Below, one piece after another: positions 18,554 to 28,401 of a stretch of DNA of 64,000 nucleotides. A model generated the notes under the pieces. The model did not search any database. It was not told the DNA's origin and worked only from the letters and a program-made list of their open reading frames with translations. Positions within the stretch are counted from its first letter, which is position 1. Every line of letters begins with the position of its first letter. Source of the stretch: an uncultured Gammaproteobacteria bacterium (lineage in GTDB: Bacteria; Patescibacteriota; Microgenomatia; Levybacterales; UBA12049); the NCBI GenBank assembly GCA_964364105.1, contig CAYILI010000001.1:14465-78464 (forward strand), in the 5' to 3' direction. A program made the position numbers and the translations under genes.

Positions 18554-18932
18554 TGTCTTTGAAATTAGGATTGATTATTCTTCTATAGCGAATTTTAGTC
18601 CCTCGAAAATTAACAATAATTGCGAGCGGCAGATTGGTTTGTTTTAAATAGGACAATGCTTGTTTGAAAAATTTTGGAGAATAATGCTGCTGAGCTTTTA
18701 CTTCAAGAATTAATAAATCTTCTACTATGAAATCAAGAAAGTATCTCCCGATACTTTGACCATCATATTCAAGCTTAACTGGAACCTCCCTTTTAAATGA
18801 AAGGCTATTTATATTTAATTCCTTTTCTATCGCTCTCTGGTAGTATTTTTCTAAAAGAGCGGAACCCAGTTCGTTGTGAACTTTAAATAAAACCCCCATG
18901 GTCTTGTAGCTTAATTTCGGAAGAACCAGCAT
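18519..18932 (-). CDS. GxxExxY-family (PD-(D/E)XK-like) small protein
   Basis: LGSALLEKYYQRAIEKEL...FLDFIVEDLLILEVKA...LAIIVNF matches the GxxExxY family pattern. Overlaps the upstream GT4 gene by 35 nt. Confidence 0.55.
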   Translation of the reverse strand: MLVLPKLSYKTMGVLFKVHNELGSALLEKYYQRAIEKELNINSLSFKREVPVKLEYDGQSIGRYFLDFIVEDLLILEVKAQQHYSPKFFKQALSYLKQTNLPLAIIVNFRGTKIRYRRIINPNFKDIDLSERDDEFE

Positions 18933-18953
18933 ATTAGGATATATTCGATTTTA

Positions 18954-20066
18954 TTAGATACTATTCGAAAAAGTATTGTAGACCCGAAGGGTCTGCCGGG
19001 CAGTTTTTTCCCATGAATATTTTTTTACTTGCTCATATCCTTTTTTAATTAACTTCTCCTTTTCCGAAGTTGATAAATTTAAAACGTGTTTCATTTTTGA
19101 AAGTATATCATCACTTTTAAATTGATCAAAATAAATAATTGAATCTCCAAATACCTCTCTATGGACTGGAATATCTGAGGCTAAAACCAAACATTCATTT
19201 TCCAAAGCTTCAAGAGGCGGGAGACTAAAGCCCTCCATCAAGCTTGTTCTCACCAAAGCATTTGCTCCCCTGTAGAGCTCTGACAACTTTTCATCACTTA
19301 CATTTTCTAAGAAAATAACTTTATCATTTCCCATATTTTTCTTAACATGTTCTTTTAGTTTTTTATATAAAAAGTCATTACTCCCGACAAACACCAAACG
19401 AAGTGTTGGATCTTCCTTTACTAAAGATTTAAATGACTCCAGAAGAAGTCCTACATTCTTATGCTGAAAAACATTTCCAACATACAAGAAATAATTTTTT
19501 ATTTTCTCTTCTTTCTTATTGGAAACCTTCATATCATCAGCAGCTTCATAAATCACTTCAATCTTAGACCTATTAGTTTTCAAGGTGTCCATGATATCTT
19601 TTCGTGTAAAGTCAGAAACTGCAATTATTTTTTTCGATACTCGTGCTGCATTTGCGACAACAATTCTATATGCGATTACTTTAAATCCTAAAAGCCAAAG
19701 CGGAAGAGTAGATGAGGCACCGCTTACAAAATGATGAAAAATTAAATCATGAATTGTCACAACATATGGCTTCCTGTATAAAACAGGTATGCTGAAATAT
19801 GGAAAATGCATTAGATCTACTTTTTCTTTTTTTATGATTCCAGGAAATCTTAATTGTTCCTTAATCGAGTGCCATTTAAGATTTGCGGCTACAATCTTCC
19901 ATTCTTTGTTTTTTATTTTTTCTTCAACTTCTTTTTTATCAGACTTTAAAACAAACAAAACATAAGAATTATTTTTATCAATCTTTGATAAATTTATAGT
20001 TAAATTTCTTATGTATCTTCCAACCCCTGTTTGACTCCAAAGCCTTCCATCAATTCCTATTTTCAT
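18954..20066 (-). CDS. Glycosyltransferase family 4
   Basis: MKIGIDGRLWSQTGVGRYIRNL start and a C-terminal EGFSLPPLEALE motif. Confidence 0.75.
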   Translation of the reverse strand: MKIGIDGRLWSQTGVGRYIRNLTINLSKIDKNNSYVLFVLKSDKKEVEEKIKNKEWKIVAANLKWHSIKEQLRFPGIIKKEKVDLMHFPYFSIPVLYRKPYVVTIHDLIFHHFVSGASSTLPLWLLGFKVIAYRIVVANAARVSKKIIAVSDFTRKDIMDTLKTNRSKIEVIYEAADDMKVSNKKEEKIKNYFLYVGNVFQHKNVGLLLESFKSLVKEDPTLRLVFVGSNDFLYKKLKEHVKKNMGNDKVIFLENVSDEKLSELYRGANALVRTSLMEGFSLPPLEALENECLVLASDIPVHREVFGDSIIYFDQFKSDDILSKMKHVLNLSTSEKEKLIKKGYEQVKKYSWEKTARQTLRVYNTFSNSI

Positions 20067-20173
20067 GCTCCTTCGCTCCTTTTCAATATTATAAATCTAA
20101 ACATACCGTTAAAATAGCCGAAACAATTCTAGCTTCGGACGCATGACCCTTCCGTAATTTTAATGAAGGCGGG

Positions 20174-21079
20174 TCATACAGTTTTTTTTCTTTTTGCTAA
20201 AAATAATTTAGTATCAATTCCGAGATATACCAACCAATTAATAATAAAAGGATATTTTCTAGCGTAATGTTTTTTATAGAAAATCTTCATAGTTGAGTAA
20301 AAATATCCCAGTGATTTATTTTTCGTAGACTTATCTGCGCCAGAATTCTCCTGACTATGTTTTTTAATGCCAGAGGAAACTCCCTTAACATGCAATATTT
20401 TTACTTGTGGAACATACATAACTTTAAACCCGGCTTTTTTTGCGCGAAAACACAAATCAATATCTTCTCCATAAAGAAAATAATCTTCATCAAAATATCC
20501 AATTTTCTCAACCATTGATTTTCTAATAAACATAAACGCTCCCACCACACTGTCAACCTCATGGGTTTTTGACATATCTCTATCTGTCAAATGATAAAGT
20601 CTATCGTTTTTAAAAAAGAAATGTAAAAAAGATGCAAGTGGAGTTGGAAAACCCCTGTGAGATGCGGCGTCAATTGAGCCATCCGCCTTCTCAATCTTGG
20701 AGGATGAAATTCCAACGTCCGGGTTTTTTTCCATAAAATCATAAATATATGAAAGGGTCCCACGCGGAACTTCTGTGTCAGGATTTAATGTCAAAATATA
20801 CGGTGAGTCTGATTTTCTTAAAACTAAATTGTGTGCTTTTCCAAAACCTAAATTCTCTTTATTAAAAATAAAATTAAACTGCGGAAATTTTTTCTTAGCT
20901 TTTTCTGCGCTTCCATCAGATGAAGCATTATCGACAATATAAACTTCAAAATCTAATTCTTGCTTGATTTTTCTTAAACTCCCCAAACAGCTAATTAAAT
21001 ATTCGCTAGCATTATAGTTAACAATTGAAATTGTAAGTTTTTTCATATTTCTTATGACACTAGCGTTGCTCCTTTCCAA
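20174..21079 (-). CDS. Glycosyltransferase family 2
   Basis: ISIVNYNASEYLISCLGSL...VDNASSDGS, and a DxD region. Confidence 0.8.
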   Translation of the reverse strand: MERSNASVIRNMKKLTISIVNYNASEYLISCLGSLRKIKQELDFEVYIVDNASSDGSAEKAKKKFPQFNFIFNKENLGFGKAHNLVLRKSDSPYILTLNPDTEVPRGTLSYIYDFMEKNPDVGISSSKIEKADGSIDAASHRGFPTPLASFLHFFFKNDRLYHLTDRDMSKTHEVDSVVGAFMFIRKSMVEKIGYFDEDYFLYGEDIDLCFRAKKAGFKVMYVPQVKILHVKGVSSGIKKHSQENSGADKSTKNKSLGYFYSTMKIFYKKHYARKYPFIINWLVYLGIDTKLFLAKRKKTV

Positions 21080-22235
21080 CTTCAGAATAAACAGAGTCTA
21101 ACTTCGCTGCTATATTTTTCCAGTCAAAATTTTTCTCAATAAATTTTCTACCATTTCTCGAAATTTTTTCATACAGATAATCATCAGTTAAAAGTAATGA
21201 TGTTTTATTTGAAAATTCTTCAGGCTTATCACAAATAATTATTTCTTCGTTTTCTTTTGCTTTTATTCCTTCATTTCCAAGCGATGTTGTTACAACGGGA
21301 GTACCCGAGGACATGGATTCTAAGATTTTAAAATTAGTTCCCCCGCCTACCCTAATGGGTGATAACAAAACATCTGCTTCTTGAAAAATCCTCTCTGTTT
21401 CATTTGGCGCATTTTCATCAAAGATTATGGAATCATCCTTTAAATTTTTTATGCTATCTGGGATTTTCTTCCCAACAATCCAGAGAGTAGTATCGGGATT
21501 TTTTGCGTAAACCTTCGGCCAGATATTTTTAATAATATAAACTATAGAATCTCTGTTTTGGATCCATTTAAAGTCTCCTATAAACAAAACTTTAGTACGC
21601 TTTTCTTTTACATTTTTTTTCATTTTAAACTTCTCTATGTCTACTCCGTTCGGAATAATTTCAACATCTCTACTCATTTCCTTAGCTTCAATTTCTGATA
21701 CTGCAACTAGTCTCGTAGCTTTTTTCCAATATGCTTTTTCCGCTCTTTTTAATTTTAAAACATCAAGATATAAAAGCGGGCGAACGATAATTAAACTTTT
21801 TTTAACAAATTTCTCATAAACTTTATACTCTACATTATGCTCTACTAAAACTACCGGTAAACTTGTCTTGGGTAAATTCTGCATTACATAAAAAGTCTCA
21901 ACGTGGATTAAATTAAACTTTTCTTCGGCAAGTAGTTTTGAGATTATTTTTCTCATTTCCAAGTTTTTATGTCCAGTAATAAGAAACGGGTCTAAAGAAA
22001 AACCAGTCTTAATAATATTTTTTGCGCTCCACTGTTTTTTTCGCTCCGTCGTATAAATTCTTTCACAAATCTTTGAAACCTCATCAATGTCTCTTTGAGT
22101 TTGTGACTCTCTTTTTTCACATACTAAAGTTATTGAATGTTTTTCTGATAGATTTTTTATTAAATTATAAAGACGAATTTGCCCGCCAGAAAAAAGAGGA
22201 AAAGGCAGATATGAAGAAACAATTAATATTTTCAT
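21060..22235 (-). CDS. Glycosyltransferase family 4. The start is more likely the MKILIVSS Met at 22235 than the ORF-track start at 22265.
   Basis: GT4 C-terminal motifs. The Met at 22235 is supplied by the J2 element 3' arm (CTAACGGGATGAAAATATTA). Confidence 0.7.
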   Translation of the reverse strand: MKILIVSSYLPFPLFSGGQIRLYNLIKNLSEKHSITLVCEKRESQTQRDIDEVSKICERIYTTERKKQWSAKNIIKTGFSLDPFLITGHKNLEMRKIISKLLAEEKFNLIHVETFYVMQNLPKTSLPVVLVEHNVEYKVYEKFVKKSLIIVRPLLYLDVLKLKRAEKAYWKKATRLVAVSEIEAKEMSRDVEIIPNGVDIEKFKMKKNVKEKRTKVLFIGDFKWIQNRDSIVYIIKNIWPKVYAKNPDTTLWIVGKKIPDSIKNLKDDSIIFDENAPNETERIFQEADVLLSPIRVGGGTNFKILESMSSGTPVVTTSLGNEGIKAKENEEIIICDKPEEFSNKTSLLLTDDYLYEKISRNGRKFIEKNFDWKNIAAKLDSVYSEVGKEQR

Positions 22236-22299
22236 CCCGTTAGAATTTTCATTTTTCTCAATCATAATTAAATGCTCCCGTAGAAATTACTAACGGGAT
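22234..22299 (-). repeat. Intercistronic inverted-repeat element J2 (ATCCCGTTAG-AATTT / AAATT-A-CTAACGGGAT)
   Basis: mRNA sense: TGAATCCCGTTAGTAATTTC-(loop)-GAAAATTCTAACGGGATGAAAATA. Runs from the stop at 22300-22302 to the probable ATG at 22235. Confidence 0.55.
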
Positions 22300-23742
22300 T
22301 CATGGATTTTTTCTTAAATCAAAAATTATATATTCAGAAGTTTCTTCTAAAACTGTATAGTCCTTTTTAAAATAATCGTCTGCCGGTTTTGGATTAGCAA
22401 TCACCAGATAATCGGTCCCTAAGTTTCTAACCATTATATTTAAATCATCCTGATAACTAGACCATCCTCTTCTTTTAGTCTGGTATAAAAGGGATGTATC
22501 TCCTTCATAATTTGCGATGACTAAGCTGTCCTTAGGCGTTAATCTATCTACTGCCGAACCCGCTGTAATAATTGCACGATTATTTATATTAAAATAATCC
22601 CTAACCTGATACCAGCTGAACATAAATGCAAAACCTAATGTTCCTATAAGAACAATTGGCGCTAGATATTTGTTTGCTAAATTTTTTCCGAGTGTTAATA
22701 AAAAATCTCCTCCAAGTCCAGCAAAAATACAAAGAGTTGGAAGAATAAGTATTTGGTAATAGTCGTGCTGGATGTTTCCCCTAGCTATTACAGTCACATA
22801 AAGAATTGAAGAAACAAGAAACGAATAAAAGAATAAATAACTGGATTTAGTTTTAGCAACTAGTCCCAATACCACTAGAAAAACTCCCCAATATCCCAGT
22901 ATTAGTTTTGAAATTCTTTCAGCAAAAATCCAATTAAAAAATGCCCCTTTAAAACGCATTCCGCCTCCATTAAAAAGCCAATTAGAGCTCGGGATTCCTT
23001 CCGGAAACTGTGTCATCCATTGTCTCCAAAGCATCATAGGAAAAAGGGATGTTATAGCAAAAACCCAAAGATATGGATTCATAATCATTCTCATACCAAA
23101 TGATTGATAAGCAAGATATAGCATTGGGAGTGTAAAAAACATTGCGAATGGTTTTAGTAAAAATGAAGTTAGGGTAAATAAAATTGATAAAAAATAATAG
23201 ATGAATTTTTTATATCTCACTTTTTCCTTAACCCATAAATCAAAAAAATAAATTCCTGCAATAATTGTTGCAGCTGTTGAAGTATCCGGCAAAATTGTTC
23301 TTCCGTAATAAATACTATATGGCAGAAGTGTAAAAACAAATGCTCCCATTAGACCTGCTCTTTCGTTTTGATGTTTTTTTAATATTAGAAAAATAAGTAA
23401 AGCAGTAGAAATAGATGCAAATATTGTTATTAGTCTACCCCATTCTTCAAGCGTAATGACTGGAAATAGTTTATATAAACCTGCCTGGAAAAAATTATAT
23501 ATTGGGAATTCTACAAATCTGTATCCTTGTGGATTATTTAAACCTGACGGAACATTTGATAAATCGTGATATTTAGGATGTAGTAAATCAAATCCATTTT
23601 CTACGAAAATTCTTGAAACTGATGAAGTATCTGCTTGCCGCCAGGAATGCCAATCAGCAATTGGGCTATCTAATTTATAAAGTCTTAGAATAAATCCTAA
23701 AACGAGTATACCTACGAGAAGCACCAGGTGAATTCTTTTCAT
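22300..23742 (-). CDS. Polytopic GT-C-type membrane glycosyltransferase (ArnT/PMT-like)
   Basis: About 12 predicted TM segments, 480 aa, with the aromatic-rich loops typical of the family 39/83 fold. The assignment is by architecture. Confidence 0.5.
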   Translation of the reverse strand: MKRIHLVLLVGILVLGFILRLYKLDSPIADWHSWRQADTSSVSRIFVENGFDLLHPKYHDLSNVPSGLNNPQGYRFVEFPIYNFFQAGLYKLFPVITLEEWGRLITIFASISTALLIFLILKKHQNERAGLMGAFVFTLLPYSIYYGRTILPDTSTAATIIAGIYFFDLWVKEKVRYKKFIYYFLSILFTLTSFLLKPFAMFFTLPMLYLAYQSFGMRMIMNPYLWVFAITSLFPMMLWRQWMTQFPEGIPSSNWLFNGGGMRFKGAFFNWIFAERISKLILGYWGVFLVVLGLVAKTKSSYLFFYSFLVSSILYVTVIARGNIQHDYYQILILPTLCIFAGLGGDFLLTLGKNLANKYLAPIVLIGTLGFAFMFSWYQVRDYFNINNRAIITAGSAVDRLTPKDSLVIANYEGDTSLLYQTKRRGWSSYQDDLNIMVRNLGTDYLVIANPKPADDYFKKDYTVLEETSEYIIFDLRKNP

Positions 23743-23763
23743 TAAGTTTATTTTAATTTATCC

Positions 23764-26700
23764 CTAGGGCATTATCAAATCAGGAGGTGGACCGATTGGC
23801 CTCTCAATCTCAACAACGTTTCCGTCAGGTATAAACCTGAACACTGGATGCGAAAGAGAAAGTCCAGCGCTTTCAAGAGCTGCTTCATCCGATCCATGAA
23901 TAAACACCTTCGCATCGGGATTCTTAAATGCAAACCAGACCGCATCCGGTAGCCCTACTGGAAATACCCATGCTTGCCCATCTTTTGTTGGAACGTTTAC
24001 AAAGTGAATTTGTGTGTCTTTTTGTGACCAATATAATGTGTATTGAGACTCCATAGATATAAAGAATCTTTTTGTTTTATTTCCAGCCTCATGCCAATTA
24101 AATAAAGTGCTTTGAATTTGGATTATGTGAAATAATGCGAAAACCAATAGCGTAATACTCATAAATCCGGCTGAAATCTCCCTGCCGCTTTCTTCAAGAT
24201 ATCCATATGCCTTCTTAAATAGGATTACAAGAATAAAAACCACGCCCATAGATGAAAGGTAACTATATCGGGAAGTTATGTTGCCTAGACCTAAGAACGG
24301 TAAAAGTGAAATTACGAAGAACATAAGACCAAACACAATTATTCTCTTTTCCCATGAGCTAAATCTGTGAGCGAATAATTTGTAGACGACCCAGCCAACT
24401 AAAACAAAAACGGGAATCATGAAAAGAGAAATAATAATATTTTCCCTGGCAAAATTTCTAAGTGACTCGTATAGTGGAAATGACATCGGCCCCAAAATAC
24501 CCAATGAAAGATAACCAAAAATATTGCCCATCAAATTAAATGGAAGATTTAAGGGATCATAACTATAATCGCCGCTAAACCAATGACTCTTAGAAACTAC
24601 CCGAAGGATAAGATATCCTGAAATTGGAAGCCAGAGAATTAAATAATCAAACTTTTTAGGGAGCACTTTTACGCTATCCATAAATCCATCTTTAAACATT
24701 TTATATGCAAGAATTAGAAGTGGTGCTATTACTCCTAACTCATGAAATGTTAACGCAGCGCAAATGGACAATACAGAACCTGCTAAATAATATATTTTCT
24801 TTTTCTCTTCCCAATAGATAAACGCGAGGATCGCTAAAAGTGAAAATACACCGTTAAATAAATGCCCAATTGAAGAAATCCAAAATACATTTTCCAAAGG
24901 TCCGCTTAAAATCAGGAATGTGAAAGCGGCTAATGCCGCTAGCTTAACTTCGCCAAATATCTTTCTTGCTATTAAGAAGAACAATGATGCAGCCAAAAAA
25001 TGCAGGATCAAAGAAGAAAGATGATAAACGACTTGATTTAACCAGAACAATTGATACATCAGATAAAAATAAATTTTCATTCCGGGTCTATAGAAAAATC
25101 CATCTGAATTTGTAAAGTAATTAATAAATAAATTAGGAACAGAACAATTCGTACAATCTGCTGCCCACTTAAGCCATGTAAAATCATCAGCTACGAAATA
25201 ATTTCCGAGCATTGGGGCAAATAAAACAAGACAGAACACGAATAGATATGCTATTACTGCGTAACTCGAGGTAAGTGATTTTTTAATTTCGTTTAATAGA
25301 GTAAATGAATGCCTTCGGTACATTTCAAGGGTGGCAAATGAAATTCCGACTAAGATCCAAAGTATAAATGCTATTTTAGAAGCCTCAAAAACATCAATAA
25401 GTGTCGCATTTAAAAATAGCCCTATAATCCCTGCAGACAACCCAAGAATAAAGCTTTTTGCTAGAGGTGAATCGATATCAGGATATATTTTTCTGGTATA
25501 AATTCCAAGAATCAGGAATAAAAGAAGAAATGAGATAAATCCTAAAATCCCAGTTTCGCCTAATATTCTTAAGTAATTGTTATCAACTGCAAGACTTACC
25601 GATCCATAACCGCTTCCTACAAGCAAGTTTCTTTTAAAAGCATCGATTGCCCTTGGCCATTCACCCTGAAATCTTGTTGTGAAGGACAAATCGTAGGCAG
25701 ATGCCCGCTTTACTATAAAGTTACCCCGGAATATTAAAGCCTGAGCAGAAACCGAAGATTTAAGATCAGTAGGTAATTCTATAAAAAAACTATTTGATCT
25801 TTTTATAACAGGCGACAAATATAAATTCGTATACCCTGTCCCTTGTGGAAGATTTTCCCCATTCGATACATTTACAGCAGTTAATATTACCGGCTCTGGC
25901 GGAATATATTTATATGGTAAAACTATAGTTGAATCGGCAGTAGCAATCTCTTTCTTGCTGTTTTTAATAGCCTCCGCAAGTTGAATTTGATCCTTAACTG
26001 TTCCCTGAAGAACAACTTTTTCTTTAAAGAAATCTTTTTTAACAAATCGCACATGTCCAATTGACTCTCCTGTTATAGCGTCTACCAACACATCAGCCTC
26101 TGAAACAGTACTTTTAAATCTATCAAAAAGAGAAGATTGAAGAATTAGAAATAAGATTCCTCCAACCAAAACTACTGGAATAAGAGCAAAGAGTAATTTC
26201 TTTTTTTGGAAAAGTAAAACAAAACCCAGTGAAATAAATAAAACAAAAAAAGAAACGCGAGACACAGTCATGAGAAGTAGTGCAACTCCCGCAAGAGAAA
26301 TAACAATTAAGGCTATTCTTACAAACCAATTCTTAAGTCCGAAGGCTAAGCTAATAAGAATTGGGATTACCAAGACTAAATATGCAGCCAGGTCGTAATG
26401 GCCCGCAAAAGTTGAAGGAACCCGGGAAAGCGCTGAAAGAGTAATGGGAGTTCCTTTCGCAAACTCCTCGTTCATAGTTAAGAATGCTGGGAAACCTAAA
26501 TATTTTTGACCAAACCCATAAAAAATAACTCCTACCAAAGCTATGATCATAGCTGACACTACATATGGCAAATACTTCTTGTCTTTCATACCATGATAGC
26601 CGATGAAAAATAAACTCATATATTCAATGTGACGAACCAAACTTAAGAAAGCGACATTCGCAAAAGCGTTTGAAATAGTGGGAAAAATAAGAAGAATTCC

Positions 26701-26997
26701 GTGAATCGTAGCTATTGCTCCAATAATCCAGAATATTAAGATAGGAATAGTTAGCGGAGTTTTTAAAGTAATTTTTTTTCTGACAAGTAAAGTTAGCCAC
26801 GAAAGAATCACAAAAAATACTAAAAAGTCCTCAACTCTTATGTAAACCCATGTATTTTGAATATCTAAAAGAGGCAGTTTTGGATAGAGCGGAATAAAAA
26901 TTAGCAAAAAGAGACTCTCGAGAAGTAAAATATTTTCCCAAGTCCATTTAAATATTTTTTTTGTCTTGTTATTTAAAAAGTTCGAGAGCTTGCCCAT
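23764..26997 (-). CDS. 1077-aa polytopic fusion protein: an O-antigen ligase/Wzy_C-like N-terminal half and a GT-C-like C-terminal half
   Basis: The N-half ends with AVDNNYLRILGETGILGFISFLLLF, which matches the H-N-x-YL...E.G..G end of the Wzy_C/O-antigen ligase domain. The C-half has many TM helices and a VADDFTW loop. Confidence 0.45.
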   Translation of the reverse strand: MGKLSNFLNNKTKKIFKWTWENILLLESLFLLIFIPLYPKLPLLDIQNTWVYIRVEDFLVFFVILSWLTLLVRKKITLKTPLTIPILIFWIIGAIATIHGILLIFPTISNAFANVAFLSLVRHIEYMSLFFIGYHGMKDKKYLPYVVSAMIIALVGVIFYGFGQKYLGFPAFLTMNEEFAKGTPITLSALSRVPSTFAGHYDLAAYLVLVIPILISLAFGLKNWFVRIALIVISLAGVALLLMTVSRVSFFVLFISLGFVLLFQKKKLLFALIPVVLVGGILFLILQSSLFDRFKSTVSEADVLVDAITGESIGHVRFVKKDFFKEKVVLQGTVKDQIQLAEAIKNSKKEIATADSTIVLPYKYIPPEPVILTAVNVSNGENLPQGTGYTNLYLSPVIKRSNSFFIELPTDLKSSVSAQALIFRGNFIVKRASAYDLSFTTRFQGEWPRAIDAFKRNLLVGSGYGSVSLAVDNNYLRILGETGILGFISFLLLFLILGIYTRKIYPDIDSPLAKSFILGLSAGIIGLFLNATLIDVFEASKIAFILWILVGISFATLEMYRRHSFTLLNEIKKSLTSSYAVIAYLFVFCLVLFAPMLGNYFVADDFTWLKWAADCTNCSVPNLFINYFTNSDGFFYRPGMKIYFYLMYQLFWLNQVVYHLSSLILHFLAASLFFLIARKIFGEVKLAALAAFTFLILSGPLENVFWISSIGHLFNGVFSLLAILAFIYWEEKKKIYYLAGSVLSICAALTFHELGVIAPLLILAYKMFKDGFMDSVKVLPKKFDYLILWLPISGYLILRVVSKSHWFSGDYSYDPLNLPFNLMGNIFGYLSLGILGPMSFPLYESLRNFARENIIISLFMIPVFVLVGWVVYKLFAHRFSSWEKRIIVFGLMFFVISLLPFLGLGNITSRYSYLSSMGVVFILVILFKKAYGYLEESGREISAGFMSITLLVFALFHIIQIQSTLFNWHEAGNKTKRFFISMESQYTLYWSQKDTQIHFVNVPTKDGQAWVFPVGLPDAVWFAFKNPDAKVFIHGSDEAALESAGLSLSHPVFRFIPDGNVVEIERPIGPPPDLIMP

Positions 26998-27847
26998 AAG
27001 TACTTATGTAATAACTATTATTAGTGATCTTTCCTAATAAGTAAACACTTTTTGCTTTAGTAAAGAGAACTGTTCTAACTATTTTATAACTAATCTGACT
27101 TTTATGTTTTTTATAAAAATAAAGAATTCCTTTATAAATATTTACAATCGCAAAGTTTCTATTACTACTTCCTTGCTCTTTGTGCATTACCAAAATATCC
27201 GGGAAAAAATATGTATCAAATCCGTTCTTCTTAGCTCTATAAGAAATTTCCATATCCTCCATATACATAAAAATGTTTTTATCAAATCCGCCAATCTGCT
27301 CATATACATTTCTAGAAATCATCAAACACGCCCCTGCTACCCAATCAACTTTTGAAATCTTATCTGGACTGCTTTTTAAAAGCCCAAGTCTTTCTCCACC
27401 AAGTATAAGAAGGAAAAAATTAAAAAGATTATAAAATTTTCCAGCTGAAGCCTGAGGAGTACCATCTGGATTCATAAGTCTTCCCCCGAGAATTCCGGTC
27501 TTAGGATTTTCTTTAAGAAAGTCAGCCATCTTAAGAAATCCCCTGTCTTCAACTTTAGTATCTGAATTCAAGAACAATATATAGTCACCTTTAGAATTTT
27601 GGGCGCCTAAATTACACCCACGGCCAAAACCTAGATTTTCTTTGCTCTTAACTAGCTTTATGTGGCTTTTACCTGAAAGATATTTTTCAATGCCTGTTAC
27701 CACTTCTTTTCCTGAGGCATTATCAACAACGACTATTTCAACAACTTCTTCTTTTAGTTCCTGAGCAAATTGCTCTCTAAGTGAATCCAGGCAATCAACA
27801 ATCAAATCCAGCGTGTTATAGCTTAATATTACAATTGAAAGTGTCAT
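26969..27847 (-). CDS. Glycosyltransferase family 2
   Basis: LSIVILSYNTLDLIVDCLDSL...VVDNASGK. Confidence 0.8.
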   Translation of the reverse strand: MTLSIVILSYNTLDLIVDCLDSLREQFAQELKEEVVEIVVVDNASGKEVVTGIEKYLSGKSHIKLVKSKENLGFGRGCNLGAQNSKGDYILFLNSDTKVEDRGFLKMADFLKENPKTGILGGRLMNPDGTPQASAGKFYNLFNFFLLILGGERLGLLKSSPDKISKVDWVAGACLMISRNVYEQIGGFDKNIFMYMEDMEISYRAKKNGFDTYFFPDILVMHKEQGSSNRNFAIVNIYKGILYFYKKHKSQISYKIVRTVLFTKAKSVYLLGKITNNSYYISTYGQALELFK

Positions 27848-28401
27848 TATCTAAACCAAGCAGCTCTACCTAATTTATATTGAGGATCTTTATTTGTACG
27901 AATCCCAATCTCTTTTGCGGGAATTCCACCCACTATCTTAAACTCGCCAACATCTTTGGTAACTACTGCTCCTGCAGCGATAATTGCTCCCTTTCCAATC
28001 TTAACCCCGGGCAAAATTATTGCGCGGGGTCCGATAAAAACATAATCTTCGACTTCTACGGGAGCTGTGACAGCTTTAAATTTTTCATCATTTATGTCGT
28101 GCTCTGAATTATAAATCATGACTCCGGTCGCGATATCTACATGATTTCCAATTTTAAGCTTATCTCTTCCATCCAAAACTGCCCACTCACCAACAATCGT
28201 GTCGTTACCAATCTCAATACCACGAGGATTATATATAGAAAGGGCCATATGAATAGTAGAACTTCGCCCTATTTTCATTCCAAAAACTCTATAAGAAAAG
28301 CGTCTTAAATGGTGACTTGGAATAAATCCAACTATCCAAATTAAAAATCCATTAATAAATTCCAAGATTATCGCATTCATTCTTCTGTTCATCTTATCCA
28401 C
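27847..28401 (-). CDS. Hexapeptide-repeat (LbH) sugar O-acetyltransferase
   Basis: IGNDTIVGEWAVLDGRDKLKIGNHVDIATGVMIY...IGPRAIILPGVKIGKGAIIAAGAVV gives left-handed beta-helix repeats. Confidence 0.75.
   Translation of the reverse strand: MDKMNRRMNAIILEFINGFLIWIVGFIPSHHLRRFSYRVFGMKIGRSSTIHMALSIYNPRGIEIGNDTIVGEWAVLDGRDKLKIGNHVDIATGVMIYNSEHDINDEKFKAVTAPVEVEDYVFIGPRAIILPGVKIGKGAIIAAGAVVTKDVGEFKIVGGIPAKEIGIRTNKDPQYKLGRAAWFR

Noticed and set aside
23753-23772. CCCTAGGG palindrome spanning the stop codon of the 1077-aa gene. It might be a collapsed, loop-less version of the ATCCC...GGGAT intercistronic element.
   Set aside because: It is only 8 bp, a common restriction-site-like palindrome, with no flanking similarity to the J elements beyond GGGAT. 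The evidence is insufficient.
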